Shown here: positions 29,426 to 38,941 of the stretch, one piece after another
Numbering within the stretch: the stretch's first letter is position 1
Layout: each line of letters begins with the position of its first letter
The notes under the pieces: model-generated
Seen by the model: only the letters and a program-made list of their open reading frames with translations
Databases searched by the model: none
What the model was told of the DNA's origin: nothing
NCBI GenBank assembly: GCA_963720005.1
Contig: CAVREM010000048.1
Span: 269,093 to 333,092 of the forward strand
Length of the DNA: 64,000 nucleotides
Source of the DNA: an uncultured Acidobacteriota bacterium
GTDB lineage: Bacteria > Acidobacteriota > Vicinamibacteria > Vicinamibacterales > CAVVIG01
Direction of reading: 5' to 3'
Position numbers and translations under genes: made by a program

Positions 29426-29956
29426 ATGCACAAGCAGCTCAGCGTGCTCATCGCCGCTGCCCTCATCGCGTCTGCCGCCATCCTCGGTGCGCAGCAGGTC
29501 ACGAAAGAAGAAGTCACCGGCATCCGAAACCTGAGCCGTCTCGAAACCACCGTCGCGTGCGCGGGCGCGACCGAGATCGAAGCCATCCCGAACGTCAAGA
29601 AGATGGGCTTCGTGTCGATGATCAACCTCCGCCAGGCGTCGGAGCCGGGTGCGAACGTCCCGCAGTCCGAGGCGGCTGCGAAGGCGGCGGGGTTGAAGTA
29701 CATCCACATTCCGTTCGATGCCAGCGCGCCCGACGCGGCCGTGGCCGACCGCTTCCTCGAAGCGATCAAACAGCCCGGCAACCAGCCGGCTTATATCCAC
29801 TGCGCCAGCGCGAACCGCGCCGCGGCGATGTGGTTCATCAAGCGCGTGCAGGTCGACCGTTGGGACAGCGATCGAGCGATGAAGGAAGCTGAAGCGCTGG
29901 GCCTGGCGAGTGCGCCGCTGAAGCAGTTCGCGACCAGCTACGTCGAACAGCCATAA
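29426..29956 (+). CDS. DUF442/TIGR01244-like phosphatase-fold protein, secreted
   Basis: Signal peptide MHKQLSVLIAAALIASAAILGAQ and an active-site-like YIHCASANRAAAMW loop. Confidence 0.65.
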   Translation: MHKQLSVLIAAALIASAAILGAQQVTKEEVTGIRNLSRLETTVACAGATEIEAIPNVKKMGFVSMINLRQASEPGANVPQSEAAAKAAGLKYIHIPFDASAPDAAVADRFLEAIKQPGNQPAYIHCASANRAAAMWFIKRVQVDRWDSDRAMKEAEALGLASAPLKQFATSYVEQP

Positions 29957-31390
29957 ATGAACGGCGAGGCATTCCGGCGCCACGGGCATGCGCTCGTCGA
30001 CTGGATTGCCGATTACCTCGAGCACTCGGATCGCTATCCGGTTCTCGCCCGGGTCGAAACCGGGCGAGATCGCGGCCGCGCTGCCCACCCACGCACCCGA
30101 AGAGCCCGAACCGTTCGACGCCATCATGGCCGACGTCGAACGGATTCTCGTCCCCGGGCTGACGCACTGGAACCACCCGCGCTTCCTCGCGTACTTCGCC
30201 ATCAGCGGGAGCCCGCCCGGGGTGCTCGCCGAGTTTCTGTCGGCGGCGTTCAATCAGCAGGCGATGCTCTGGCGGACGTCGCCGGTGGCCACCGAGCTCG
30301 AATACGTCGCGCTCGCCTGGCTGCGCCGCCTCATTGGCCTGCCGGACGCCTTCGAGGGGGTCATCTACGACACGGCCTCGATCGCGACGCTCCACGCGCT
30401 GGCGGCGGCCAGGCATGCGGCGGTTCCCGGCGTCCGGCCTGAAGGGCTCGCGGGGCGTCCCGACGTCGGGCGGCTGGCCGTGTACTGTTCCGAGCAAGCG
30501 CACTCGTCGGTCGACAAGGCGGCCATCACGCTCGGCCTCGGCGATACGGCGCTTCGCAAGATCGCCGTTGACGACGAGTTCCGCATGCGCGCTCGATCGG
30601 CTCGACGAAGCGATCCGCCGACGATCGTGCAGCAGGTGTCCTTCCGGTCGCCGTCGTCGCAACCGTCGGCACGACGGCGACGACGAGCATCGATCCGGTG
30701 CCCGACATCGCCGCGATCTGTGAACGCGAACGAATCTGGCTTCACGTGGACGCGGCGTACGGCGGGGCGGCGGCGATGCTGCCGTCGCATGCTCACGTAC
30801 TCGATGGCGCGGCGCGGGCGGACTCGCTGGTCGTCAACCCTCACAAGTGGCTGTTCACGCCGTTCGATCTCAGCGCGTTCTACTGCCGCCGCATGGATCT
30901 GGTTCGATCGACGTTTTCGGTGATACCCGACTTCCTCCGCACTCCCGAGCCGGAAGCACGAAACCTGATGGACACCGGGATCCAGCTGGGCCGGCGCTTT
31001 CGCGCGCTCAAGCTCTGGATGGTCCTGCGATCGTACGGAGCGCGCGGGATACGAGAGCATCTGGACCGGCACTTGCACTTGGCTCGTCTGTTCGCGGCCT
31101 GGGTCGACGGCGACGCCGATTTCGAACGCGTCGCCCCGGTGCCGTTTTCCGTGGTCTGTTTCCGGTGGAATCCCGCCGGACGGAGGCTGTCCGACGCCGA
31201 CGCCGACGCGGCCAACGAGCGGCTGGTCGAGACGGTGAACAGGACAGGAGAGGTATTTCTTTCCCACACGCGGCTGCGCGGCCGTGTCGCGATCAGGATG
31301 GCGATCGGCCACCTGCGTACGCAAGAGGCGGACGTCCGCCGGGCGTGGGAACTCCTGACGGATCACGCCAGCAAAGGAGCCGACTCGTGA
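29957..31390 (+). CDS. pyridoxal-phosphate-dependent group II decarboxylase (aromatic-L-amino-acid decarboxylase-like); at least three +1 frame breaks
   Basis: Family motifs HWNHPRFLAYF, SEQAHSSVDKAA, LHVDAAYGG and NPHKW (PLP lysine) are spread over ORFs 29957.., 29988.., 30334.. and 30698..31390. Confidence 0.85.
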
Positions 31391-31941
31391 AGACCTATCG
31401 ACTGACTACTGCGTTGATCCTGGGTGTCCTGCTCTGGCTGACGCCCGCTTCCGCCCACGCCGACGGGCTGTTCACGCCGTGGCTCGGCGTGAACTTCGCC
31501 AACGAACCTGCCGATGGCCGGACGAGTTTCGGCGTCACGGCGACAGGCATGGGCGCCGGCGTCATCGGCGGAGAGTTCGACTTCGGCTACTCACCGAACT
31601 TCTTCGGAGAGGAGAGCGCCTTCGGCAGCAACAATGTGCTCACGGTCGTTGGCAACCTGGTCCTGGGCATACCGCTCGGCGGCTCGAGAGGCTTCGGATT
31701 CCGGCCCTACGGCACCGTGGGCCTTGGCCTCATTCGAGCGAAGGTCGACATCCTCGAGCCCGACTTCTCGAGCAACGAATTCGGCATCAACGCGGGCGGC
31801 GGCGCCTTCCTGTTCTTCGGCGACCACGTCGGCATGCGCGGCGACCTGCGGTATTTTCGCGCCGGCTTCGACGAGCTGAACTTTCTGAACATCGACGAGG
31901 TCGACTTCTGGCGGGCGTCAATCGGGATCACGTTCCGGTAA
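31387..31941 (+). CDS. small outer-membrane beta-barrel protein
   Basis: The GTG start overlaps the upstream stop. The signal peptide ends ASAHA, followed by alternating Gly/aromatic strands (GGEFDFGYSPNFF, GINAGGGAFLFF). Confidence 0.6.
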   Translation: MKTYRLTTALILGVLLWLTPASAHADGLFTPWLGVNFANEPADGRTSFGVTATGMGAGVIGGEFDFGYSPNFFGEESAFGSNNVLTVVGNLVLGIPLGGSRGFGFRPYGTVGLGLIRAKVDILEPDFSSNEFGINAGGGAFLFFGDHVGMRGDLRYFRAGFDELNFLNIDEVDFWRASIGITFR

Positions 31942-31945
31942 CCGC

Positions 31946-32220
31946 CCGCGGAGGATACGGAGGACACGGTTTCAACACGGAGCCACGAAGACGCGGAGGA
32001 CGCTCGGAGAAGACACCAGGCGCGAATCGCCCGCGCAGCGGGCACTGAGACGAGAGCGTCAAATACAAGCCTGGATTGCATGGCGTGCATAAAAACGGCT
32101 CTGTCGTCAGCACGGCCGGCTACGCCGGCCGTTCGTCGCCCAATGTCTTCTCCGTGGGTAAGCTCCTTTCTCCGTGGCTCCGTGGTGAAGCCGCGTGCTC
32201 CGCAACCTCCCTCCGTGGCC
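31946..32220. repeat. inverted repeat of ACGGAGG/CCTCCGT words around a roughly 130-nt structured loop
   Basis: The left arm (31946..32014) is CGCGGAGGATACGGAGGACACGG..CACGGAGCCACGAAGACGCGGAGGACGCTCGGAGAAGAC. The right arm (32145..32220) is GTCTTCTCCGTGGG..CTCCGTGGCTCCGTGG..CCTCCCTCCGTGG. Confidence 0.8.
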
Positions 32221-32221
32221 T

Positions 32222-32659
32222 TCAGCTATCCAGCCTCCACAACTCCTTCCACGTCTCACCCTCGTCGTCGGTCTGAAGCGCGACGATGCCGTGTTGCGGA
32301 AAGCCGACGGCGTCGGGCACGAGCAGGCGCAGCAATCCCGGCAGGTGAGGGTAATGACCGGCGAGCATCATGTCGCGCGGCTCGTGGCGCAGGCGATCGC
32401 GGATCCAGGCGGGCGGATCATCGGGCTGTAAATCGCGGGCCGCCGAGAATTCCGCCAGCGCGTTGCACGCGCGCCAGAAGATCTCGGCCGTCTGTTTCGC
32501 GCGCAGCTTGCCGCTGTGCCAGACGACGGACGGTTCCGCGCCCTTGCTCGCCGCCGCCGCCGCCAGCCGCTCGACGGCGTCGCGGCCGGCCGGCGAGAGC
32601 GGACGCCTCGGATCGACCCCCGGGCCGACGGCGTCGCCGTGATGGACAAGGAATAAGCG
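32222..32659 (-). CDS. sixA: phosphohistidine phosphatase SixA (histidine phosphatase superfamily)
   Basis: MRLFLVHHGDAV (RHG-type motif), about 146 aa, intact. Confidence 0.75.
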   Translation of the reverse strand, partial: RLFLVHHGDAVGPGVDPRRPLSPAGRDAVERLAAAAASKGAEPSVVWHSGKLRAKQTAEIFWRACNALAEFSAARDLQPDDPPAWIRDRLRHEPRDMMLAGHYPHLPGLLRLLVPDAVGFPQHGIVALQTDDEGETWKELWRLDS

Positions 32660-32663
32660 CATG

Positions 32664-32737
32664 CAGTCGTCAGTCATCAGTCTCAGTCATCAGTGATCAG
32701 TCATCGAAGGACTGACGACTGTTGACTGTCGACTGTC
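32664..32737. repeat. inverted repeat of CAGTCAT/GACTG words
   Basis: Six tandem CAGTCNT heptamers are followed by GACTGACGACTGTTGACTGTCGACTGTC. It sits between the sixA start and the DUF1684 stop. Confidence 0.85.
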
Positions 32738-33614
32738 ATGGTTTCGGCAACTGACCCGCGTAATCGCGCTCGCCGGCGAGGATTCGCACGCTCAGCCGGT
32801 TCTCGGCGGGCGGAATCGGGCACGTCGTGTACGGGTTGAATGAGCAGGGCGGATTGTAGGCCTGGTTGAAGTCGAGCACCGTCGTGCCGTCGGCATTCAG
32901 GTCTGCGTACAGGAAGCGCGCGGCCTCATACGTTTCCTTGCCGCTCGTGCCGTCGCGGAAAATGAAATACAGCCGGCCGGGCCGAGTCGTCATCGGGCGC
33001 ATCTTGATCGCCTGTCCGAGCAGCGTGAACTCCACCACCCCTTCGGTGCGATAGACGTCGTAATCACCAACGAGCGTCGGGATCTTCAGCTCGCGCGGGG
33101 ATGCGTCTTTCACGAATCGCCCGACGACGCGGTATTGCTCGTCGATCGGAAACCACCGGTAGCCGGCGAACGCCTTCGCGATGTCGCTCTGTGGATCGTG
33201 GATGCGGATCGCCCGCCGGTCGCCGCTCGTGTGCACCCAGAACGACACCTCGCCGATGCGCAGCTGATCAGCGCCGCCGTTGTCACCATCGGACCTGAGG
33301 TCGATCGCCTTGTCGACAGGTTTCCCATTGAGCGTCACGCCCGCGCCGGCCGCGGGCTCGAAGGTAACCCGCCCTCCGCGATAGACGAATCGGCCTGCCG
33401 AGGCCGGGAAGCGCCGCGGAAGAACCACCTGGTTCGAAGGGCTGCTGCCGGCGCTATTGACGCCGTCCTTGAGAAACGACAGCCCCGCGAGCGGCACGTA
33501 GTCGCGCGTGTAGTCAGCCTCATGCTTCGCGCGCCACGCCTCCACCTGCTTCACCCACTCGGGATCTGCCGCCGCCAGGACAACCAACCCAAGCGCCGCG
33601 ATTTTGGACAGCAT
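32736..33614 (-). CDS. DUF1684 domain-containing protein
   Basis: Intact 292-aa ORF. The C-terminal signature is AYNPPCSFNPYTTCPIPPAENRL. Confidence 0.85.
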   Translation of the reverse strand: MLSKIAALGLVVLAAADPEWVKQVEAWRAKHEADYTRDYVPLAGLSFLKDGVNSAGSSPSNQVVLPRRFPASAGRFVYRGGRVTFEPAAGAGVTLNGKPVDKAIDLRSDGDNGGADQLRIGEVSFWVHTSGDRRAIRIHDPQSDIAKAFAGYRWFPIDEQYRVVGRFVKDASPRELKIPTLVGDYDVYRTEGVVEFTLLGQAIKMRPMTTRPGRLYFIFRDGTSGKETYEAARFLYADLNADGTTVLDFNQAYNPPCSFNPYTTCPIPPAENRLSVRILAGERDYAGQLPKP

Positions 33615-33618
33615 GTGA

Positions 33619-33699
33619 TCCTCTGCGCCTCTGCGCCTCTGCGTCCTCTGCTCCCTCAGCGTCCTCGTCTATTTCTCTCTGCGTCCTCGTCTACTTCTG
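33619..33699. repeat. CTCTGCG-word tandem array (single orientation)
   Basis: CCTCTGCGCCTCTGCGCCTCTGCGTCCTCTGCTCCCTCAGCGTCCTCG..CTCTCTGCGTCCTCG. Confidence 0.8.
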
Positions 33700-35412
33700 C
33701 AGCGAAGCTTCCCGTATGGCTTTGAACTCATTGCCCGGCTTCCACTCTGGAAACCTGTCGGCTTCGGCGACGCGGTAGCCGACGGCGAAGAATACCTTCA
33801 GGTCCTCGCGCGCGCCGCTCATGTCCCAGTCGGCCCGGACGATGTCGGACGGCTTGTGGTAGTGGTTCTCGGTGTAATCGTTGCGGACTTTCACCGAGTA
33901 CTCGGCGGCTTTCCGACGAAATCAACCCCTTCGTCGGGATCGAGCGCCGGCACGCCCTGCTTCGCGAAATTGAAGTGATCGGACCGGTAGTAGAACCCCT
34001 TTTCCGGTTCCGGATCGGGCCGGATCACCCTTCCCTGCTCGCCCGCCGCGTCGCGCACGTAGTCGTCGAGATCGGATGCGCCGAAGCCGACCAGCGTCAG
34101 GTCCGTCGTCCGCCCGTGGACGTTCAGCGTGTCGAGGTTGATGACAGCGGCGGTTTTGGCGAGCGGATAGATCGGCTGCACCGAGTAGTACTGCGACCCA
34201 AGAAGCCCCTGCTCTTCGGCGGTGACGGCCAGAAAAAGCACGGACCGCTTCGGCGGCGCCGTCAGCCTCGTGAAGGCGCGCGCGATCTCGACGATGCCGG
34301 CCGTGCCGACGGCATTGTCGACCGCGCCGTTGTAGATGCGATCGCCGTTCACCGCCGGTCCGACGCCGAGATGATCCCAGTGCGCCGTGTAGATCACGTA
34401 CTCGTTCTTGAGCTGCGGATCGCGGCCTTCGAGCTTCGCGACGACGTTCTGGGAGGCCATCGTGCGCAGCTTGTTGTTGAGGCGGATCGACGCGGTGAGA
34501 TTGAGCGGCACCGGCGTGAATTCCCTCGTCGCCGCCTGCTTCTTCAGCGTGTCGAAATCCTGGCCGGCCATCTTGAGGATCTCGCGGCCCTGATCGACGG
34601 TGATCCATCCCTCGATATCCGCGCGGCCCATGTTCTTGTCGGGCGTCACGAGATCCAGCTTCTCGCCCAGGTTGCCGCCCTGGAGCACCTCGAACGGATA
34701 GCCGGCCGGCTCGGTCTCGTGGATGATCAGCACGCCGGCGGCGCCTTTCTCGCGCGCCGATTTCGTACTTGTACGTCCAGCGGCCGTAGTAGGTCATGGC
34801 GCGACCGCCGAACGTCTTGGGATCGAGCTGCGAGGGGTTCGCCGGATCAGGCACCGGAGGATCGTTGACGAGCATCACGATCGTCTTGCCCTTGACGTCG
34901 ACGCCCTTGTAATCGTCCCACTCGAATTCAGGCGCGACGACGCCGTAACCGACGAACACCATCTCCGAGTTTTCGATCGCGGCGCTGTCGGCGACGTGCT
35001 TGGTCCAGGCGACCAGGTCGTCGCCCCATTTCAGCTGGCGCTCGGCACCCGAGGCGCTGCGGACGACGAGCGGCGCCCCGTCGGCCGTGATGCCGACGAG
35101 TGGGACCTTCTGCACGTAGCCGCCGTCGGCAGTTCCCGGCTTGAGGCCCGCCTTCTTGAACTGCTCGACCAGGTAATTGACCGTCGCCTCCTCGCCGTTG
35201 GTCCCCGGGGCGCGGCCCGCGAACTCATCGGAGGCCAGGACCTTCGTGTGGGCAAGCACCGCGTCGGCGTCGATGTCGGGCAGGTCGCCGATCGGCGTTC
35301 GTTGAACGGTCGGCGTCGGACCGGGAACCGTTCCAGCCGCAGGAGTGGATTCCGGCGACGAGCACCCGCCGAGCGCGAGGCACAGGGCGAGCCATGGGGC
35401 GATCTTCGACAT
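33691..35412 (-). CDS. M28 family aminopeptidase with PA domain (lipoprotein); two frame breaks (about 34735 and 33900)
   Basis: The lipobox is LALGGC. AHWDHLG, NGAVDNAVGTAGIVEIAR and AEEQGLLGS motifs are present. ORFs 33922..35412, 33891..34733 and 33691..33894 are collinear. Confidence 0.85.
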
Positions 35413-35441
35413 GAAGACTACAATACCCGAATAGATATCGA

Positions 35442-36485
35442 ATGATGCGTGCCTGGCTGTGTGTGGTCCTGCTCGGCTTGCCTGCGTTGTCGGCGCAGAC
35501 CGCCAGGCCCGCCTCCACGAATTCCACCCTCACGGCCGTCCCGGGGATCCGCGTCGGCCATCACACCTTGAGCGAACGGCCGACTGGCTGCACCGTGGTG
35601 CTCGTCGACGGCGACGCGGTCGGCGGCGTCTCCCAGCGCGGCGGCGCCCCCGGCACTCGCGAAACCGACCTGCTCAATCCGCTCAACATGGTCGACAAGG
35701 TCAACGCGGTCGTCCTGTCGGGCGGCAGCGCGTTCGGGCTCGATGCCGCGACGGGCGTCGTCCGCTGGCTGGAGGAGCGCGGGATCGGCTGGCCCACCGG
35801 CGCCGGCCGCGTGCCGATTGTGACCGGTGCGATCCTGTTCGACCTCGGAGTCGGCGGCAATCCGAAGATTCGTCCCGCGGCCGACTGCGGCTATCGCGCG
35901 GCGCAAGGCGCCACCGAACGACCGGTGGACGAGGGCAGCATCGGCGCGGGTGCGGGTGCGACGGTCGGCAAGTTCGGCGGCGGCCGATCGATGAAGGCCG
36001 GGATCGGATCCGCGGCCATCGTGCTGCCGTCGGGACTCATCGTCGCGGCCATCGTCGCGGTGAATGCCGTCGGCGACATCATCGATCCGGCGACGGGAAC
36101 GGTCGTCGCCGGCGTCCGCGGCCAGGACGGAAGGCTCGCCGACGCGCGCGTCCTGCTGCGGTCCGGTCAGACGGTGTCACCTCCCCCTGCCGGCGAAAAC
36201 ACGACCATCGGCGTCGTGGCCACCAATGCGCGCCTGTCGAAGGCGCAAGCCAGTCGGATGGCGCTGATGGCCGACGATGGATACGCGCGGGCGATTTATC
36301 CATCGCACACCGAGGGCGACGGCGACACGATCTTCGCGCTGGCCACCGGACGCTGGGACGGAACCGCCAACATCACCACGATCGGTGCCCTTGCGGCAGA
36401 CGTCATGGCCCAGGCCGTGGTCCGCGCCGCCACTCAAGCGACGGGCGTCGCCGATATTCCCGCTGCGCGGGACCTGCGGCGCTGA
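35442..36485 (+). CDS. P1 (S58, DmpA/BapA-like) family aminopeptidase
   Basis: Intact 347-aa ORF with a signal peptide and the GVRVGH...TGCTVVL and NAVVLSGGSAFGL motifs. Confidence 0.85.
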   Translation: MMRAWLCVVLLGLPALSAQTARPASTNSTLTAVPGIRVGHHTLSERPTGCTVVLVDGDAVGGVSQRGGAPGTRETDLLNPLNMVDKVNAVVLSGGSAFGLDAATGVVRWLEERGIGWPTGAGRVPIVTGAILFDLGVGGNPKIRPAADCGYRAAQGATERPVDEGSIGAGAGATVGKFGGGRSMKAGIGSAAIVLPSGLIVAAIVAVNAVGDIIDPATGTVVAGVRGQDGRLADARVLLRSGQTVSPPPAGENTTIGVVATNARLSKAQASRMALMADDGYARAIYPSHTEGDGDTIFALATGRWDGTANITTIGALAADVMAQAVVRAATQATGVADIPAARDLRR

Positions 36486-36490
36486 CGTTG

Positions 36491-36576
36491 CAATTCAGAA
36501 TTTGGAATTAGGGATTTGGAATTCGTGGCCAGAACCCATCAGCATTCCAAATTCCAAATTCCAAATTCATAATTAC
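36491..36576. repeat. inverted repeat of GGAATTT/ATTCCAA heptamers
   Basis: The left arm is CAATTCAGAATTTGGAATTAGGGATTTGGAATTCG. The loop is 16 nt. The right arm is GCATTCCAAATTCCAAATTCCAAATTCATAATTAC. Confidence 0.9.
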
Positions 36577-36592
36577 AGGCCTTCTACCACCA

Positions 36593-37648
36593 ATGACTCA
36601 CAACATTGCAGTCATCGCCGGTGATGGCATCGGCAAGGAAGTGATCCCTGCCGGGATTGCCGCGCTCGAGCGCGCCACGCGGGGTTCGGGTGTTTCCCTG
36701 CAGTTCACCGACCTGCCCTGGGGATGCGATTACTACCTCCGGCACGGGCGGATGATGGATGCCGACGGCTTCGAGCGCCTGTCGAAGTTCGACGCCATCT
36801 ACCTCGGCGCGATCGGCGATCCGAAAGTTCCGGATCACATCGCCGTGTGGGATCTGCTCCTGCCGCTGCGGCAGCGGTTCCAGCAGTACGTCAACCTTCG
36901 TCCGATGCGGCTGCTTCCCGGCCTGAGCTCGCCGCTCGCGAACCGCGGGGCGGCGGATATCGACATGGTCTGCGTCCGCGAGAACTCCGAGGGCGAGTAC
37001 TCGGGCCTCGGCGGGCGGATTCATGTCGGGACGCCGTTCGAAGCCGCCGAGCAGACCGGCCTGTTCACGCGCACCGGCATCGAGCGCATCCTCCGCTACG
37101 GGTTCGAGGTGGCCTCAAAGCGGCCGCGCAAGCTCCTGGCGAGCGCGACGAAGTCCAACGCGCTGCGCCACTCGATGGTGTTCTGGGACGAAGTCGCGGA
37201 AGTGGTCCGGAAGGACTACCCGGCGGTCGAGTACCGGAAATACCACGTCGACGCGATCGCCGCGCGGATGGTGACGCACCCCGCGTCGCTCGACGTCATC
37301 GTGTGCTCGAATCTGTTCGGGGACATCCTCACGGACATCGGCTCGGCCATCTCGGGCAGCCTGGGCATCGCGCCGGGCGCGAACATCAACCCGGAACGGA
37401 CATCACCATCGATGTTCGAGCCGATCCACGGCTCGGCGCCGGATATCGCCGGAAAAGGGATTGCCAACCCGATCGGCTGCATCTGGGCCGGCGCGATGAT
37501 GCTCGAGCATCTCGGCCATCCCGACTTGCACAACAAGGTCCTCGCCGCTATCGAGCGCGTCGTCGCGTCAGGGAAAAACCGGACGCCGGATCTCGGGGGA
37601 CATGCGAAAACGAAGGCCCTCGCGGACGCGATCGCAGCCGAGATCTAG
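36593..37648 (+). CDS. tartrate dehydrogenase/decarboxylase (isocitrate/isopropylmalate dehydrogenase family)
   Basis: Intact 351-aa ORF with IAVIAGDGIGKEV, VRENSEGEYSG and NLFGDILTD motifs. Confidence 0.85.
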   Translation: MTHNIAVIAGDGIGKEVIPAGIAALERATRGSGVSLQFTDLPWGCDYYLRHGRMMDADGFERLSKFDAIYLGAIGDPKVPDHIAVWDLLLPLRQRFQQYVNLRPMRLLPGLSSPLANRGAADIDMVCVRENSEGEYSGLGGRIHVGTPFEAAEQTGLFTRTGIERILRYGFEVASKRPRKLLASATKSNALRHSMVFWDEVAEVVRKDYPAVEYRKYHVDAIAARMVTHPASLDVIVCSNLFGDILTDIGSAISGSLGIAPGANINPERTSPSMFEPIHGSAPDIAGKGIANPIGCIWAGAMMLEHLGHPDLHNKVLAAIERVVASGKNRTPDLGGHAKTKALADAIAAEI

Positions 37649-37653
37649 ACAAG

Positions 37654-37765
37654 CCACGAAACCACGAAAACAATCAAGCCACGAAAGCACGAAAACACGA
37701 AAAGCAAAATTGGGTTTCGTGCTTTCGCGTTTTCGTGGCGTTTCTTCTGTTCCGTGTTTTCGTGG
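37654..37765. repeat. inverted repeat of CACGAAA(A) words between convergent genes
   Basis: The left arm is CCACGAAACCACGAAAACAATCAAGCCACGAAAGCACGAAAACACGAAAAG. The right arm is TTTCGTGCTTTCGCGTTTTCGTGGCG..TTCCGTGTTTTCGTGG. Confidence 0.9.
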
Positions 37766-37768
37766 CGG

Positions 37769-38842
37769 TCAGTGGGCGACGGCTTTCAGGTGCTCGCGCA
37801 GCAGGTCTCTCCCGAAGTCTCCCTGGAAGTCCCGCCACACCGAGTGGATGTGGTTGGCGTTGTTCTGGGTGTTGTCGAACTCGATCAGGAACGTCGGGCC
37901 CTGGACGCGGTAGTAGTGCCGCTGGCCACGCGCGGCATCGCCAGCCCAGGCGAACGTGATCTTCTCGACGCCTGCCTTGCGAATGCGATCGAGCCGCTCG
38001 CTGGCGATGTCGGGGGCCATCGCGGACGCGTAGGAGTCGATCACGGCCATCAGCATCTCGCGCTGCGCAGCGGTCAAGCGGTCGACGCCGATGCCGCCGG
38101 GCGCGAGCGGCTTGATGTCGAGCGCGTTCATCGTCGAGATGTCATTCGGCGCGGCGGCGTCAATCACCGCCTGTTTTCGCTGGCCTTCGTCGAGCGCCAT
38201 CAGGAGCGCCCGCGCGGAATCCTCCTGGGTCGCCAGGATCCTTGTGCCTTTCTTGGGCCCTTCGCGGACCTCCGCCGGGTTCGTCCCGAAAAACGAGGGT
38301 GACGCGGCCACGAAGCTGCCGTTGACGACGGTGAAGTTCAGCGAGACGTGGTGGCCTTCCACGCGCCAGCCCCACGCGCCGCGCGCCGAGGGCGTCCCGA
38401 AGACTGAAAAGAAGTAGCGAACCGGATCGCGCACCATGGCGTTACCGCCGCGGCCGGCTGGAGCCGCCTGCCGCGCGGCGCTCTCGATGACGTTCAGCAC
38501 CGTCTCGAGCTCCATGATCGCGGTGGCCGTCATGTAGCCGCGCTGGCTGAGCCCGGACTGCAGCAGCCCGTGGGCGAGTTTCCGCTGCGGCTCGGTCATC
38601 TCGCCGACGATCAGCCCGTTTCGCGGAAACATCTCGGTCGGGATGAAGTGCCATTTCAGGCGCTCTTCAGAATCGAAGGCATACGCAGCCTTCTGACGCT
38701 GCTCTGGCGTCAACGACGACAGGAACTTCGTCGCCGCATCGGCCATCGACGCGGCCGACTTTTCCGCCGTATAAGCGACGCCCATCCACGCGAGCAAGCA
38801 GCCAGTCGCGATCAACACCCGGGCAGAACGCACAGCAGGCAT
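37769..38842 (-). CDS. DUF3500 domain-containing protein, secreted
   Basis: Intact 357-aa ORF with a C-terminal HYYRVQGPTFLIEFDNTQNNANHIHSVWRD signature. Confidence 0.8.
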   Translation of the reverse strand: MPAVRSARVLIATGCLLAWMGVAYTAEKSAASMADAATKFLSSLTPEQRQKAAYAFDSEERLKWHFIPTEMFPRNGLIVGEMTEPQRKLAHGLLQSGLSQRGYMTATAIMELETVLNVIESAARQAAPAGRGGNAMVRDPVRYFFSVFGTPSARGAWGWRVEGHHVSLNFTVVNGSFVAASPSFFGTNPAEVREGPKKGTRILATQEDSARALLMALDEGQRKQAVIDAAAPNDISTMNALDIKPLAPGGIGVDRLTAAQREMLMAVIDSYASAMAPDIASERLDRIRKAGVEKITFAWAGDAARGQRHYYRVQGPTFLIEFDNTQNNANHIHSVWRDFQGDFGRDLLREHLKAVAH

Positions 38843-38892
38843 GGCCGGTCCTTTCAGTGCCGCAATTTTAGGCCGCCAACTCCAAGGCCACC

Positions 38893-38927
38893 AATCTTAA
38901 ATCTGAAATCTTAAATCTTAAATATCA
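38893..38927. repeat. tandem AATCTTA heptamer array
   Basis: AATCTTA AATCTGA AATCTTA AATCTTA AATATCA lies upstream of the ATG at 38942. Confidence 0.85.
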
Positions 38928-38941
38928 GGTATGGTGATCGG

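Noticed and set aside
33619-33699. CRISPR array as an interpretation of the tandem short repeats, here and at the other word arrays.
   Set aside because: The units are only 7 nt, directly abutting, degenerate and without unique spacers. No cas genes are present.
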